Shown piece by piece: positions 25,855 to 36,163 of a DNA stretch of 64,000 bases (within the stretch, counting starts at the first letter, position 1; every line of letters starts with the position of its first letter). The notes under the pieces were generated by a model. That model did not search any database, was not told where the DNA came from, and saw only the letters and a list, made by a program, of their open reading frames with translations. This stretch comes from a virus (taxonomy: Duplodnaviria > Heunggongvirae > Uroviricota > Caudoviricetes): the IMG/VR virus record IMGVR_UViG_2645727901_000008; one strand, 5' to 3'. Position numbers and translations under genes: made by a program.

Positions 25855-28239
25855 TTAAATGCTCCCCGCGTTATACCACGTCCCATTAATACAATACTGA
25901 ATTGGCCTTGCCTGTGTTGTATCAATTAATTCATCACGGTTTCCATTAACTGAACCCGTAACGACATAACCTGACCTGTCAGACCAGCCGGGACCATTCC
26001 ATGTCTGAACAGATGACAGACCGCCCAGGCGAATACCTGTAATAAACCTTGAGTTACATTCTGCCTGTGTATATGCACCAACATCCCCCGCAGAGGGTTT
26101 GCGGGTTGTGGTGTAAAACTCTGACCAGTTAGCTTCAAAGCCATAACCATCACGCGCTGAACGATAAAAGATACCGCCGTTCTTATAATTCACGCGGAAC
26201 TGTACAGCAGGGCAACTCCCCGCATTCATATTAAAGTGGAGGATTAATGTCGATGCACCACTGATATCTGCATCATAAACGCCGCTATTCCAGTTCCAGC
26301 CAACAGCTTTATCATGTGCAACCCTGCTTCCTGTTTGCCCTAAAGCAAATGCAGGCTGCTGGTTTTTCGTATTGTAGTCTCTTCGCCAGCCAGGAGCATA
26401 AGCATCACCATGATTAATATAAGTGAATTGAGCGTTAGTGATTCCGCCGCCGCTGGACGTACTCGGAGTAGTAACGCGTATGGTCATTGCGCCGCGAGTG
26501 CCAATAACTTCCACCACAGCACCTGCAAGACAAATATTTCCGCAACCTGTATCTGTAATGACCTTATTATTTGCATAAGCCCATGAGCCTTTGCACATCC
26601 AGTAAGGATGGTTAAATGCCCCCTGACTCTCCAGCCACGAAATAAATTGCGCAGTTGTCCAGATCTGACTATCGCCACCAATATCCACCCATGCGCTATA
26701 TGCGCGGCAGGCACCAATATTTTTGGTGAAGGTATCTTTTCCCGGAATATCTGCGCCGTTCTGGTTTTTCTGTAATGCTCCTGCGGCTAATTCTACGGTT
26801 TGTTCAAGATTTAAATCTTCCGCCGTTAGCTCAATGTTTTTAGAACCATCAAATCCCACCCCGTTGATTGTTCGAGCTGTTTTCAATTTCGTCGCGGTGT
26901 CGGCGTTCCCTGTCAGCGCCCCGGTGATCCCGCCGTTGAAAGTCTGGCGCGCACTCCATGTGTTAGCCGTACTCAACAGGGGGATCTTTTCACCGCTGGT
27001 ACCGAGTTCTCTTAAACCAAGGTATTGGATAACGGCCAGTGTGCTTGTTTTAGCCAGAATATCGCGACCGACTGACGTTAAATCAGTCTGCGCTACCGTA
27101 TCCTTATCAATGAAATAAGGCAGTTTGTTTGCACCAGTCGCAAGACCAGCAAGCGCGGTTAAAGTTGCATCCAGAGGCTGTTTGCCTGCCAGCGCATTTG
27201 TCATTGTTGTCGCAAAGTTCGGGTCATTGCCCAGTGCTGCTGCAAGCTCATTCAGGGTATCAAGAGCTTCAGGTGATGAGCCGATCAATGCAGAGATAGC
27301 AGCTCTTACATAAGCGGTCGTAGCAATCTGCGTGTTATTCGTACCCTGTGCAGCGGTAGGCGCAGTAGGTATTCCCGTTAATGCAGGGCTTGCTAAAGGC
27401 GCTTTGAGAGCCAGGGCATTGTTGATAGTTGTGCTGAAATTCGGGTCGTTATTGATCGCAGCCGCTATTTCTTTCAGCGTGTCCATCGTTCCCGGAGCAC
27501 CATTGATAAGCGCATTTATAGCAGCATAGACAAAGGCCGCATTTGCGATCTGTGTGTTGTTTGTACCGGGTTCAGGTGTTGGCGAAGTCGGCGTACCTGA
27601 CAGATGCGGACTATCGAGCGGAGCTTTTGTATCAACCAAATCATGGAGAGTTTTGACAGCCAGAGGTGTAGCCGCTTTTCTTTCTTCTGTACTGCTTATT
27701 TCATTAGAGAATTCGACACCAACAGCACGGTTAACTCGGTATTTAAGCACAATCATTTCTTTAGTCACAGCCGTTGCGCCGCTAGGCACGATAACTCGAC
27801 ATAATTCAATTTGATTCTGCCCAATAGTATTGTCCGTACGCACGTAAATTCTTGCAGCGCTGACAGAAGATGCGCTATCTACCTGTGTCGTTTTTACACC
27901 ATGTTCAAAATTGGCTTCCAGCACAATAATGTTGGTAGCCCCAGCCTTTACCGAGACAGTCACATCTTCTATTTGCTGAACGGATATCTGAACATTATTT
28001 ACATCTACTGAAGCAGCCCCTTTACCTTCTGAGTTTTCAGAAGTTATACGGACGCTCAACCCTGTGCCGGGAACTGGTTCAAATCCACAGTAAAAGCCAG
28101 GCAAAACAATATTTTTAAGTTTTCTGTTAAGAGCCGAACTACTATAGAGTTCGAAATATTGAACATCAGCAAGCAACGGCTGTGAGACACCAGAGGATAG
28201 TGTCATTATGTTGTTCGTTTTATCAGCCCCCATAATCAA
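25855..28239 (-). CDS. tail fibre protein (constant part + current variable part)
   Basis: 794 aa with repeated PALTGIPTAPTAAQGTNNTQIATTAYV-type fibre motifs and C-terminal tip ARPIQYCINGTWYNAGSI. The 3' third (25855..26838) lies inside the invertible segment. Confidence 0.9.
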   Translation of the reverse strand: MIMGADKTNNIMTLSSGVSQPLLADVQYFELYSSSALNRKLKNIVLPGFYCGFEPVPGTGLSVRITSENSEGKGAASVDVNNVQISVQQIEDVTVSVKAGATNIIVLEANFEHGVKTTQVDSASSVSAARIYVRTDNTIGQNQIELCRVIVPSGATAVTKEMIVLKYRVNRAVGVEFSNEISSTEERKAATPLAVKTLHDLVDTKAPLDSPHLSGTPTSPTPEPGTNNTQIANAAFVYAAINALINGAPGTMDTLKEIAAAINNDPNFSTTINNALALKAPLASPALTGIPTAPTAAQGTNNTQIATTAYVRAAISALIGSSPEALDTLNELAAALGNDPNFATTMTNALAGKQPLDATLTALAGLATGANKLPYFIDKDTVAQTDLTSVGRDILAKTSTLAVIQYLGLRELGTSGEKIPLLSTANTWSARQTFNGGITGALTGNADTATKLKTARTINGVGFDGSKNIELTAEDLNLEQTVELAAGALQKNQNGADIPGKDTFTKNIGACRAYSAWVDIGGDSQIWTTAQFISWLESQGAFNHPYWMCKGSWAYANNKVITDTGCGNICLAGAVVEVIGTRGAMTIRVTTPSTSSGGGITNAQFTYINHGDAYAPGWRRDYNTKNQQPAFALGQTGSRVAHDKAVGWNWNSGVYDADISGASTLILHFNMNAGSCPAVQFRVNYKNGGIFYRSARDGYGFEANWSEFYTTTRKPSAGDVGAYTQAECNSRFITGIRLGGLSSVQTWNGPGWSDRSGYVVTGSVNGNRDELIDTTQARPIQYCINGTWYNAGSI
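26839..27023 (-). repeat. right 185-bp inverted repeat of the invertible segment
   Basis: Identical to the reverse complement of 23650..23834; encodes residues about 406-467 of the fibre. Confidence 0.85.
27009..27034. other. cix-like crossover site (right)
   Basis: ttctcttaaaccaaggtattggataa matches 21 of 26 positions of the hixL consensus as recalled. Confidence 0.6.
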
Positions 28240-28682
28240 CCCTCAACTTGCTCGATTGTCATGAGAATACTGTAACGTTTACCTTTATAGAGGGTATCTT
28301 GCTGGGTGCAAAGCACACCAAAAGCCTGTTCCTCAGCATCAACAAGCACAAGCGTGTTAAAGTCGTAAGGCGTGTTATCCGGCATTCTTTCTTGAGGGAA
28401 GGCTGCATTGATAGTGATAATCCCATCCACACTGGACAATATCAGATCGGACACTGCAAACTGTTGAGCATCACTCAATTTAAAATCGAGTGGAATGTCA
28501 GCTATATTCCAGCCTCCTGCACCATTAGCAGTTACCAGACTAGATTTGCACCAATACGCCTTAGAGATAACAAAACGCGCACCTTTGCCGATCGCCGACT
28601 CAGCGCGGCGTGAATAATAGTAGGAAAGCAATTGCGCCTTATACAGGCGGTTACCATCTCTTGCCTTTAAATTTTCAGCCAT
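28236..28682 (-). CDS. tail protein upstream of the fibre gene (P1 R-like position)
   Basis: 148-aa ORF whose stop overlaps the fibre start; late-type motif upstream. Confidence 0.45.
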   Translation of the reverse strand: MAENLKARDGNRLYKAQLLSYYYSRRAESAIGKGARFVISKAYWCKSSLVTANGAGGWNIADIPLDFKLSDAQQFAVSDLILSSVDGIITINAAFPQERMPDNTPYDFNTLVLVDAEEQAFGVLCTQQDTLYKGKRYSILMTIEQVEG

Positions 28683-28728
28683 ACGAACATAGCCCCTTCA
28701 TAAGCAATGAACCAAAGGAGAGTATGCT

Positions 28729-28743
28729 CAGTTTGTGATTTCC
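28729..28743 (-). promoter_or_regulatory. late-promoter-like motif (cagtttgtgatttcc)
   Basis: 15-mer identical to 60401..60415; 47 bp upstream of the R-like gene start, with a -10-like CATACT 2 bp downstream in sense orientation. Confidence 0.5.
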
Positions 28744-28776
28744 GTTGTTCTTCCCCCAAATGCGGGGGAAGAATTA

Positions 28777-29622
28777 TTAAACAGGTTGAAGGTGGTAATC
28801 CAAAGGCCACGCATCGAGTGGGGTTACATCAAGATGTAATTGCTTTTCTGCCGTTCGGTTCGGTATGGCGTTAAGAGAAATATTGTCTACCTGGCAGGAG
28901 GTATCACTACGGGATAGCATATCAGCCATACTCTCAGTAACATAAACACCTTCAATTACCGAAACATCCGTAGACAAGCAATTTAGTATTTCTGCCACTT
29001 CAGGGAATACAGCACTAAGCCGAAACGAGACGCCATCAAAAACAATATGCAATGGCAACAAAGGGGCTATTACTGTTTCGAAGTCAGATAACAATTTCTG
29101 CACAGCGGCTTCTTTATCCTGCTCTCCATATGAGCGATATAGCTTGTTCTGATCAACAACGACCAGCCCCCTTGATGTCAGGAAGAACTCACCGAATTGA
29201 GCCTGTGCCGTAGGTATTTCTATTTCGGTCGCAAAATATGAACCATAGGGGTGTTTTTCTATATTTACAGGTGCATATAGCGGTTCCCAACTAACAGGAA
29301 TACAACCGAATTCACGCCAGAATGTCTGCTCAATAGGCAAGATAGTGCCTTTAAAGTGCACTTCATCTAAACGTTGCGCCAGCAGCATTGGCCTACGGGC
29401 CTTATCTTTTTCAGTGATAACGAAAAAACGCCCGTATTCAGCAATGCGGGCATCCATATCCTCACTGTCCATAGTGAAGAAGGATTTTCTGTTACTTATT
29501 CTTGTTAATATTGGTTCTACTGCCTCATTCCAGACATCTTGCAAAGCGTCTATAAAGGCACTCCAGAGATGGGAATCCTGTTTTACTTTAGTTAATCGTT
29601 CCTTAAGCCAATTATCTTTCAT
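28777..29622 (-). CDS. baseplate/tail protein (gpI-like position)
   Basis: 281 aa, last in a W-J-I gene order typical of P2/Mu baseplate modules. Position-based. Confidence 0.4.
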   Translation of the reverse strand: MKDNWLKERLTKVKQDSHLWSAFIDALQDVWNEAVEPILTRISNRKSFFTMDSEDMDARIAEYGRFFVITEKDKARRPMLLAQRLDEVHFKGTILPIEQTFWREFGCIPVSWEPLYAPVNIEKHPYGSYFATEIEIPTAQAQFGEFFLTSRGLVVVDQNKLYRSYGEQDKEAAVQKLLSDFETVIAPLLPLHIVFDGVSFRLSAVFPEVAEILNCLSTDVSVIEGVYVTESMADMLSRSDTSCQVDNISLNAIPNRTAEKQLHLDVTPLDAWPLDYHLQPV

Positions 29623-29632
29623 GCTAACCTCA

Positions 29633-31063
29633 TTACGGGTAAGAAATGCTGAACGTTGAAGATTTCACGTCAAGATAAATGAAGTCATTAAAGTAAACAG
29701 CATCTTTCATATTTTGTATTGTTATGTCGTAAGACAGAAACATGTCCAGAGACTCTATTACTCGCCAAATATCTTTAACTTTTACCTGTGCATAACATTG
29801 CTGGGAATCATCATCACTCTGTAGTAATAAACTGAATGATGACGAATCACGGCCAAAATTATCTTCCAACGCTGCTTTAATAGCATTTTGAGCATCGTCT
29901 ATCAGAACATTTTTACGTGCAATACCTATAAAATTTATAGTAAATGGCTGTTCATTTGTATCTACATACTCGAACCGCTTGTTCAACTCATTTGGAACAT
30001 TCTCTAGAGCTTTCAGTATTTCTGATTTTAGCTGAGCCTGGCTTACACCCGGCTTATGTCCGCAAAAGAAAATTTTGTTGATGTTTCGAACGTCAAACCC
30101 AGTTATTTTCTCTTGTAACGCTTCGCCCCAAACGTTCAACCATGAAGTTCCATGAACAACATTCTGAATGAATTGGCGATAATCACCGCCCCATATCACT
30201 TGTTCATCGTATGCAACATAATACTGAGCACGATTTCGAGTTTCTTCTGTAGTTTCCATACCACTACCACCGGTAATGATCGAATCTGTTTTAAACTCTA
30301 GTGACTCCACATATTGAGCGATATTTCCAGCCGGTTCTAACTTTTGTCCTTCAGCCAAAGTATAGTCGCCAAGGCTAGCCATAACATCGATTCGAACCTG
30401 ACAGCCTGCTGGAGGCATCATACCCATAGAACCATCACCAAACTTGACTCCAAGTTGTTCTGTAGGTTTATATGCCAATGAATAGTGCTTACTCTTGTCT
30501 CTGGACATTCTAAATAATGGGTTATATGTCCATTTTTCTTCTACGCCATCTGTAATAATATAAACATCCAGGCTAGAGACTTCTTTTGTTAACTCTCTGG
30601 AAAGCAACAATGTCAGAAATAAAGTTTCCTTCTCAATATCAAATGTAACGCTAACAGCTTCATGCTGTTTAGTTTCTACGCCAGAAACAGTTCCTCCAGC
30701 AGGAATTACAACACTGTTAATAATTGCCAAAGGTGTTTGGTCATTGGCAAGCAATTCAGCCCCGGCTGGCAACGTAATATCCCGATCAGTTTTATTGGTT
30801 ATAGACGTTGTTCCGTATGAAGCACTAACAAATCGCCCTACGTAGCTACGGTCTTCAGCAACCGCTAAAATACTTGAGCGGCGCGTAGCCGTTGAAATAA
30901 GTCCCTCAGTGAGGCCGCGGCTTGCAAATGTACGGGCAATATAAATAAGCTGTGATCCGAATATAGCGTGCATCTGCACAAACTGACTATTTACAAATCG
31001 TGACCACCATGTGTTTTCATTTAACTTGGCATTAAATTTGTCCAGTAATTCTGTAATCGTCAC
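29633..31063 (-). CDS. baseplate J-like protein
   Basis: 476 aa following a gp25/W-like gene; size and order as in Mu gp47 / P2 gpJ. Confidence 0.45.
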   Translation of the reverse strand: MTITELLDKFNAKLNENTWWSRFVNSQFVQMHAIFGSQLIYIARTFASRGLTEGLISTATRRSSILAVAEDRSYVGRFVSASYGTTSITNKTDRDITLPAGAELLANDQTPLAIINSVVIPAGGTVSGVETKQHEAVSVTFDIEKETLFLTLLLSRELTKEVSSLDVYIITDGVEEKWTYNPLFRMSRDKSKHYSLAYKPTEQLGVKFGDGSMGMMPPAGCQVRIDVMASLGDYTLAEGQKLEPAGNIAQYVESLEFKTDSIITGGSGMETTEETRNRAQYYVAYDEQVIWGGDYRQFIQNVVHGTSWLNVWGEALQEKITGFDVRNINKIFFCGHKPGVSQAQLKSEILKALENVPNELNKRFEYVDTNEQPFTINFIGIARKNVLIDDAQNAIKAALEDNFGRDSSSFSLLLQSDDDSQQCYAQVKVKDIWRVIESLDMFLSYDITIQNMKDAVYFNDFIYLDVKSSTFSISYP

Positions 31064-31434
31064 GCGCCCACCCCACTTGATTTCTGCATAACAATATCCA
31101 TGCTCCCACCTTTCGCATAAAAACTAATTAATAAAGAATCTTCAGAAATTGATGTGCAACGAATCCCCTGCACATCCAAACCTGGCAAGTCTTGTCGTAG
31201 TTTTTTCATCATTCTCCCTTCAATAGCCACTTCAACTATGTGCGAAGTTTCAGAGCCGAATGGTTCATGCTTAAATTCTTCCATTGGATTCCCCCAAGAG
31301 GGTAAACCATAAACACTCCCTTCAGGGGTTCGTAGCCACTCGTCAAGTCGGGCCATCCATGCTGCGGTACTTCCTTCTGCAATAATGACACCGCTCTCAT
31401 TCGTTTGAAGTCTTGCGTCTATTTCATAAAGCAT
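31060..31434 (-). CDS. baseplate wedge protein (gp25/W-like)
   Basis: 124 aa, overlaps the J-like gene; size and sequence flavour of GPW/gp25-type subunits. Confidence 0.45.
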   Translation of the reverse strand: MLYEIDARLQTNESGVIIAEGSTAAWMARLDEWLRTPEGSVYGLPSWGNPMEEFKHEPFGSETSHIVEVAIEGRMMKKLRQDLPGLDVQGIRCTSISEDSLLISFYAKGGSMDIVMQKSSGVGA

Positions 31435-31439
31435 CTGTA

Positions 31440-34400
31440 TTAATCCTCAAGCAGAGCATCCAGCGACGGGTCATTAATAGTTGTGCTAGCACGTGGTCGC
31501 GGTTGCGGCTGCGATGTTTTGACAACCTTATCCGGATCGCCTTTTGTATTGTTCTTGTTCACATTCAGAAGATCGTTCAGGATAGAGCAGATGTTATCCA
31601 GCGCCTTCAACATAGCAGGATCGTTATTTATAGTGTCAGTAGTTAATGGTTGTCTTATTCCGCTTCGTGCGAGATCTGTTACAGTAGGAAGCTGTGGTGG
31701 CAAAGCAAGAAAAGGTTCTTGCACGGCTGACGCAGAGCCAAATATGGCATTATTGGCTTCGTTTGATATACCTCTAATGCTATCTGCGGTTTGTTGAATA
31801 CCATTATTCAGCCAACTACCGGCGCTCTTGGTAAGCGGGCTAATAGCCCTGGCAATTGTTGAGTTCTGCCCAGTAGCCTGATAAACCAAATCATTAACAA
31901 TACCTGTGCCATCTACCCCACCAATAAGTTGTGAAACGTTATCGCCAATTGCAGGTAACACAGCAGAGCTAATACGTTTCAGACCTGTTAATGACGAGTC
32001 AAACAAAGAGCCAAGCACCCCCTTATCTTCACCATCAATTACCTTGTATCCATTGTCATAAACTGGAATCCCCCTTGAGTTTACAGAGATTTTTTCACTC
32101 TCACTTGCCGAAGAAACACCGGAGAGAAGATCCACTGAAGGCATATCGCGTTCAGCTTTTGGTCTTTTTTGTAAAGCGTCTCTTATATCAGTTACCTGGC
32201 TTGCTTTTTGAAATCCAAAAGATTTACCGGTTAAGCTGGATATCTTTTCAGTAAGAGCCTGATCCATTCCTTTCGCTTTTTCGGAAAGCGAAGATATGGA
32301 ACCAAACGAAGTCGCCGACGCAAAATCCTTAATCAGGCCAAGGTTTGTACCAGCAAGGCTGGTAGCCGCACCTCCAAATAAATTACCTACCCCGCTGTCA
32401 TTTATAGCGATTAATCTCTCAAGCAGACTTGATGGCGAGCCAGTATTAACATCAACAATCTCTGGATTAATCGGTTGCGATTGATTGCCTGTTTTTTGTG
32501 GCTTTTTGACTGCCTGGGCATGTTGTGCAACCTCAATTGGCTGTTGTGTTGCTGTCGGAACGGCATTCAAAACTGGTTGAGCTGGAGATTTTCCATTAGC
32601 ATATTTTACCTTGCGACCAACACTATATTGCGAATCGCGGGCAATTAGCTGACCACCATTTTCTTTCTGAATTTTATTAATCCGCGCCAATGTTTCGTCA
32701 GAGAATTGTCCCTCCCATCGACCAGTGTTAGTGTTAAATGCTCCAAGTGCATTCTTAATGAACTCATTATTAACTGCCGGATTTCCGCCTTCTTTCGTCG
32801 CAATTGCACGAACTAATTGCGTCATAACCTCTGGGTTGCTGACATCTATTTTTTCATTAGGCGATACACCAAGATATTTACTGACGTTATCAATATATTG
32901 GTTAGTATTGTTCTCATTTGGCGGTGCCCATTTTGAAATGATGCTGGATACCGTCTGTAACTTCTGATATCCCGCTGCAGCACTGGTGCCGTTGTAATAG
33001 CTGGAAACCTGGTTTGCCAGTGCCCTGATCCCTTCTTCAGGTGTGTTAAATCGCGCAAAACGTTGTTCACCCTTTGCATTTGGCGATTCCAGCGTCGCCC
33101 CTTCCTGGTTGGCAAAAACAAGATTACCGAGATTATTATTTCGGTAATTGCGGTTTTTAGCGTTGCTGCCGCCAATATTCAGATCCGCTGCAATGGTGTT
33201 GTTGGCAGGTGCACTAAATTCAGTTGGAGAAGTATACCCGTGCTCACCAACTCCATCCTCGCCATTACGCCCACCTTGTAATTGTTCACCTAGAGAATGA
33301 ATCGCATCGACAGTTTTTTTGGTGCCGTCTTCAACAGCTTTTTTTACTTGTTTCGTGTTTTCGTCAGTGGATAAAAATGTATCCTTAAGGCTACCAAAAA
33401 CAGATTTGGTGATATCTACCGCGCCGTTAACACCACGAGCAATATCTCCGGTATCAAAATTCTGAAGTTTTTCACCTGCTCTTTCAAATCCTAGCGCAGA
33501 AATTCCTTTCCCTATCAAGTTCGTTGCGCCCGACACCAAGCCACCCATATCGAGCACATTAGCTGTTGCGTAAGCCGTTTTTTGCTGTTCGGATACAGCA
33601 TCATCGTCACTTAAACCAAAGGCTGCCTTTTGCGCCTCTGTATCTGTGTAACCATCTATGGCGTCATATCCAGCCATTGCCAGCGAACCGATGATAGGGA
33701 CCGCTCTTGCCGCTGTGGATGCTGCTGATTTAACACCTATTTTTGCTGCACTTTTGAGGGCTACAGATTCAGTTTTTTTCTTTGCAATGACTTCGCCGGT
33801 TTTAATGGTGGCATCTTCAGCCACAACACCAGCTGACTTCACGGCCTTAGCAGTATTTTTTGTTTCCTTTGCAATCCCCTTTGATGTATCGCTGATAGTG
33901 CTTACATCTTTGGGTTTGCTGATCTTATTTTTAACTACTTTTGCTGCTCCGACACCAGTGCCAGCCGCAGCGCTACCGGCAGCAACTTTTTCGCCAGCGG
34001 AGAGTGCTTTTTTCCCAAGATTGCGGCCTTTCCTTTTCGATTTGTTCCGTTTATTTTTTCCCGTCTGATCACCAATATTGATTTTATTTCTTCTGCTTGC
34101 TCGATTTTTCCAGAGATCACTTAAGCCGAACTTATTTCCAGAAGACACTGATTTCCGAAGCTTAACTATCTCGTCAGAAACATTTTCCAGACCATCAATT
34201 ATTTTGTTGTCATTGGTCTGAAGGATTTTGGTTTGCTCTTCTACTGCTTGTGCGGATTTTGTCTCAACAGCGTTATTGAATGCTTTTGCAGATGTTGCTT
34301 TTTGAGAATTCACCGCCGCCGGATAAGTAATTACTGGTGATATCGCTTTCGAGGTTGATGTTTCTTTTTTCCCCTTTTCTACCAATTCTTTAAGAGATTC

Positions 34401-35222
34401 TGCTTTACCTGTGATCTCTTTAGTTATGTCGTACATGCCACGAGCCGCCATCCATAACGGCCCACCAGCACCGACACCAGCTGCATTTGTTAAAGACTCT
34501 TCACTGGAAGACTGATTGCCATCTACCCCCATAATGGAACCTAGCTTTCTGAGAAAGCCAGCTTGTAATTTTGCGTCGGCTTTACGTGCGTTCTGCAATT
34601 CTTTTTTTCTGGCTACATCCTCATTGCTTTTTTGGGATACAAAACGTCCATTACTATCCCGCAGCGGGCCTTTTAGACTTTGGGGGGATTGTGGTTCAAG
34701 AGGGGCTGAATTAGCAGCTACCGGTATAAAACCGTCCGATTTTCGGATGGTCTGACGTGATTGCACGGAGCGAACACTTTCTTGTGTGTTCGTTGCAACG
34801 ATAGAGCGGTCCACGGTTTGGTTTATCGGTGCCCTTTCCTTTTTAGCAGGGAGACGTTTTTTATATGGGTTAGTTTGGACATCTCTAACGCTATCAGATG
34901 TACTTTGCTCGTAGTCTTTACGCCTGCGTGATAGTCTGTTGCTAACTCTGCCTTGCCTTTCGTCCTGTTGAGTTATGGTGCTTGCCCCAGAAAGAATGGC
35001 GTCTTTTACCTCAGCAAGAGCTTTAAGTTCGTTTGTGCTCGCCTCCTGAATAGCGTCAATTATTGCGATACGGTTTTTATTCTCTTTCAAAATAACCTCT
35101 CTTTTACCAGCGCGATCAACGTTTCCCGGCTTGAGCTTTGTATTTTTCTTCCAGGGCTTTTGACATATGGAGTGCTCGCCATTGCGGTAATTGTTCAACG
35201 TCGCTAACGGGCTGATATCCAT
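31440..35222 (-). CDS. tail tape-measure / injection protein (Sit-like)
   Basis: 1260 aa, K/A/G/S-rich with long low-complexity stretches and no Cys-rich motifs; immediately upstream of the baseplate genes. Confidence 0.55.
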   Translation of the reverse strand: MDISPLATLNNYRNGEHSICQKPWKKNTKLKPGNVDRAGKREVILKENKNRIAIIDAIQEASTNELKALAEVKDAILSGASTITQQDERQGRVSNRLSRRRKDYEQSTSDSVRDVQTNPYKKRLPAKKERAPINQTVDRSIVATNTQESVRSVQSRQTIRKSDGFIPVAANSAPLEPQSPQSLKGPLRDSNGRFVSQKSNEDVARKKELQNARKADAKLQAGFLRKLGSIMGVDGNQSSSEESLTNAAGVGAGGPLWMAARGMYDITKEITGKAESLKELVEKGKKETSTSKAISPVITYPAAVNSQKATSAKAFNNAVETKSAQAVEEQTKILQTNDNKIIDGLENVSDEIVKLRKSVSSGNKFGLSDLWKNRASRRNKINIGDQTGKNKRNKSKRKGRNLGKKALSAGEKVAAGSAAAGTGVGAAKVVKNKISKPKDVSTISDTSKGIAKETKNTAKAVKSAGVVAEDATIKTGEVIAKKKTESVALKSAAKIGVKSAASTAARAVPIIGSLAMAGYDAIDGYTDTEAQKAAFGLSDDDAVSEQQKTAYATANVLDMGGLVSGATNLIGKGISALGFERAGEKLQNFDTGDIARGVNGAVDITKSVFGSLKDTFLSTDENTKQVKKAVEDGTKKTVDAIHSLGEQLQGGRNGEDGVGEHGYTSPTEFSAPANNTIAADLNIGGSNAKNRNYRNNNLGNLVFANQEGATLESPNAKGEQRFARFNTPEEGIRALANQVSSYYNGTSAAAGYQKLQTVSSIISKWAPPNENNTNQYIDNVSKYLGVSPNEKIDVSNPEVMTQLVRAIATKEGGNPAVNNEFIKNALGAFNTNTGRWEGQFSDETLARINKIQKENGGQLIARDSQYSVGRKVKYANGKSPAQPVLNAVPTATQQPIEVAQHAQAVKKPQKTGNQSQPINPEIVDVNTGSPSSLLERLIAINDSGVGNLFGGAATSLAGTNLGLIKDFASATSFGSISSLSEKAKGMDQALTEKISSLTGKSFGFQKASQVTDIRDALQKRPKAERDMPSVDLLSGVSSASESEKISVNSRGIPVYDNGYKVIDGEDKGVLGSLFDSSLTGLKRISSAVLPAIGDNVSQLIGGVDGTGIVNDLVYQATGQNSTIARAISPLTKSAGSWLNNGIQQTADSIRGISNEANNAIFGSASAVQEPFLALPPQLPTVTDLARSGIRQPLTTDTINNDPAMLKALDNICSILNDLLNVNKNNTKGDPDKVVKTSQPQPRPRASTTINDPSLDALLED

Positions 35223-35236
35223 ATAGAGTCAGGTTG

Positions 35237-36058
35237 TTAATAATGGTTAGCCATCCATTCAGATCTAATTGATGGGATAAACTCTCTATTGAGAAAGGGG
35301 ACGTACAGTGTGGTTGTCACATCTGCACCCTCCTTAGCGTTTTTGCAATGTTGCGGAGGCAGGATCAGTCGGCTTGTGCCTCTCTCAATAGACATTTTCA
35401 GGCCGTGGCGTAGGTCTTTTTGCATAAGCTGTATGCGAGCCACAAGCGGTGTAAACTCGGTTTCAAGCGCCATGCTTTCAATGATGTCGAAGCGTCGGTT
35501 AGCTGCTTGAGTGAAGTCTTCCGGATCGTCGTCCAGTGCTGTGCATAAAGCGAGTTCTGCAATGCGCATACGGGCCACGCCTGCACTGTATTCAGGGCTT
35601 TTCATATCAGGAAGTGACGCACGCATACGTTCAAGGAGTTCCGCGCCTTTCCCGGTTAATGGTTTAAGTATCCAGTCAGTTGGTACGCCGTTTACCGGTA
35701 CGTTGGTTTTTACGTAAGGCGGTACAGTGAGTATCTCTACTGTTTGAGCCAGATCGCTCAGGTTTATATCGGCGTGATGCGTATTACCGCAGTGACTGCA
35801 CTCATAGGAGTAGGTCATTACTGCATCGGGGCGCGAATTAACAAATATCCACCAAAGAGCAGTTCTGCGATCCTGAACTGTCCAGTTAGCACTGTCGTTA
35901 ATTTCACCATCCTGCATAGAGTTAAGGTACTCTGTAGTAGTTGCCTCATCTTCTGCCGGGTTCAGGTCAGAATATTTCAGCGCATCCTTCACGGTAGGGG
36001 CGTGGAACTGAATTTCTGTCTCAGGACGGGAAGGCAATGGGAATTTTGGAATGTTCAA
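35237..36058 (-). CDS. tail morphogenesis protein (hypothetical)
   Basis: 273-aa ORF leading the operon that includes the tape-measure gene; late-type motif upstream. Confidence 0.5.
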   Translation of the reverse strand: MNIPKFPLPSRPETEIQFHAPTVKDALKYSDLNPAEDEATTTEYLNSMQDGEINDSANWTVQDRRTALWWIFVNSRPDAVMTYSYECSHCGNTHHADINLSDLAQTVEILTVPPYVKTNVPVNGVPTDWILKPLTGKGAELLERMRASLPDMKSPEYSAGVARMRIAELALCTALDDDPEDFTQAANRRFDIIESMALETEFTPLVARIQLMQKDLRHGLKMSIERGTSRLILPPQHCKNAKEGADVTTTLYVPFLNREFIPSIRSEWMANHY

Positions 36059-36105
36059 TTATTCCTCCGAAAAGCAGGTATCTGTTCATTTTCCAGAGGA
36101 TAGGG

Positions 36106-36119
36106 AGTGTGTGATTTGC
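36106..36119 (-). promoter_or_regulatory. late-promoter-like motif (agtgtgtgatttgc)
   Basis: Core TGTGATTT 48-61 bp upstream of the 273-aa gene. Confidence 0.4.
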
Positions 36120-36163
36120 GATGGGGATTGAATGAAGATCTTTGCTAGTCGAGAAGCGATTAT

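Larger units (their letters stand above)
23650..27023. other. Cin-invertible tail-fibre segment (C-segment)
   Basis: 3374-bp region bounded by perfect 185-bp inverted repeats; carries two convergent tail-fibre tip + assembly gene sets. Confidence 0.85.

Noticed and set aside
33658-34068. Plus-strand ORFs inside the tape-measure gene
   Set aside because: Antisense to the 1260-aa frame with Ala/Phe/Leu-rich composition and no RBS.
31440-35222. Lytic transglycosylase domain in the 1260-aa protein
   Set aside because: No SLT-type catalytic motif (for example ES…GLMQ) could be seen; it is called tape-measure/Sit-like from size, composition and position only.
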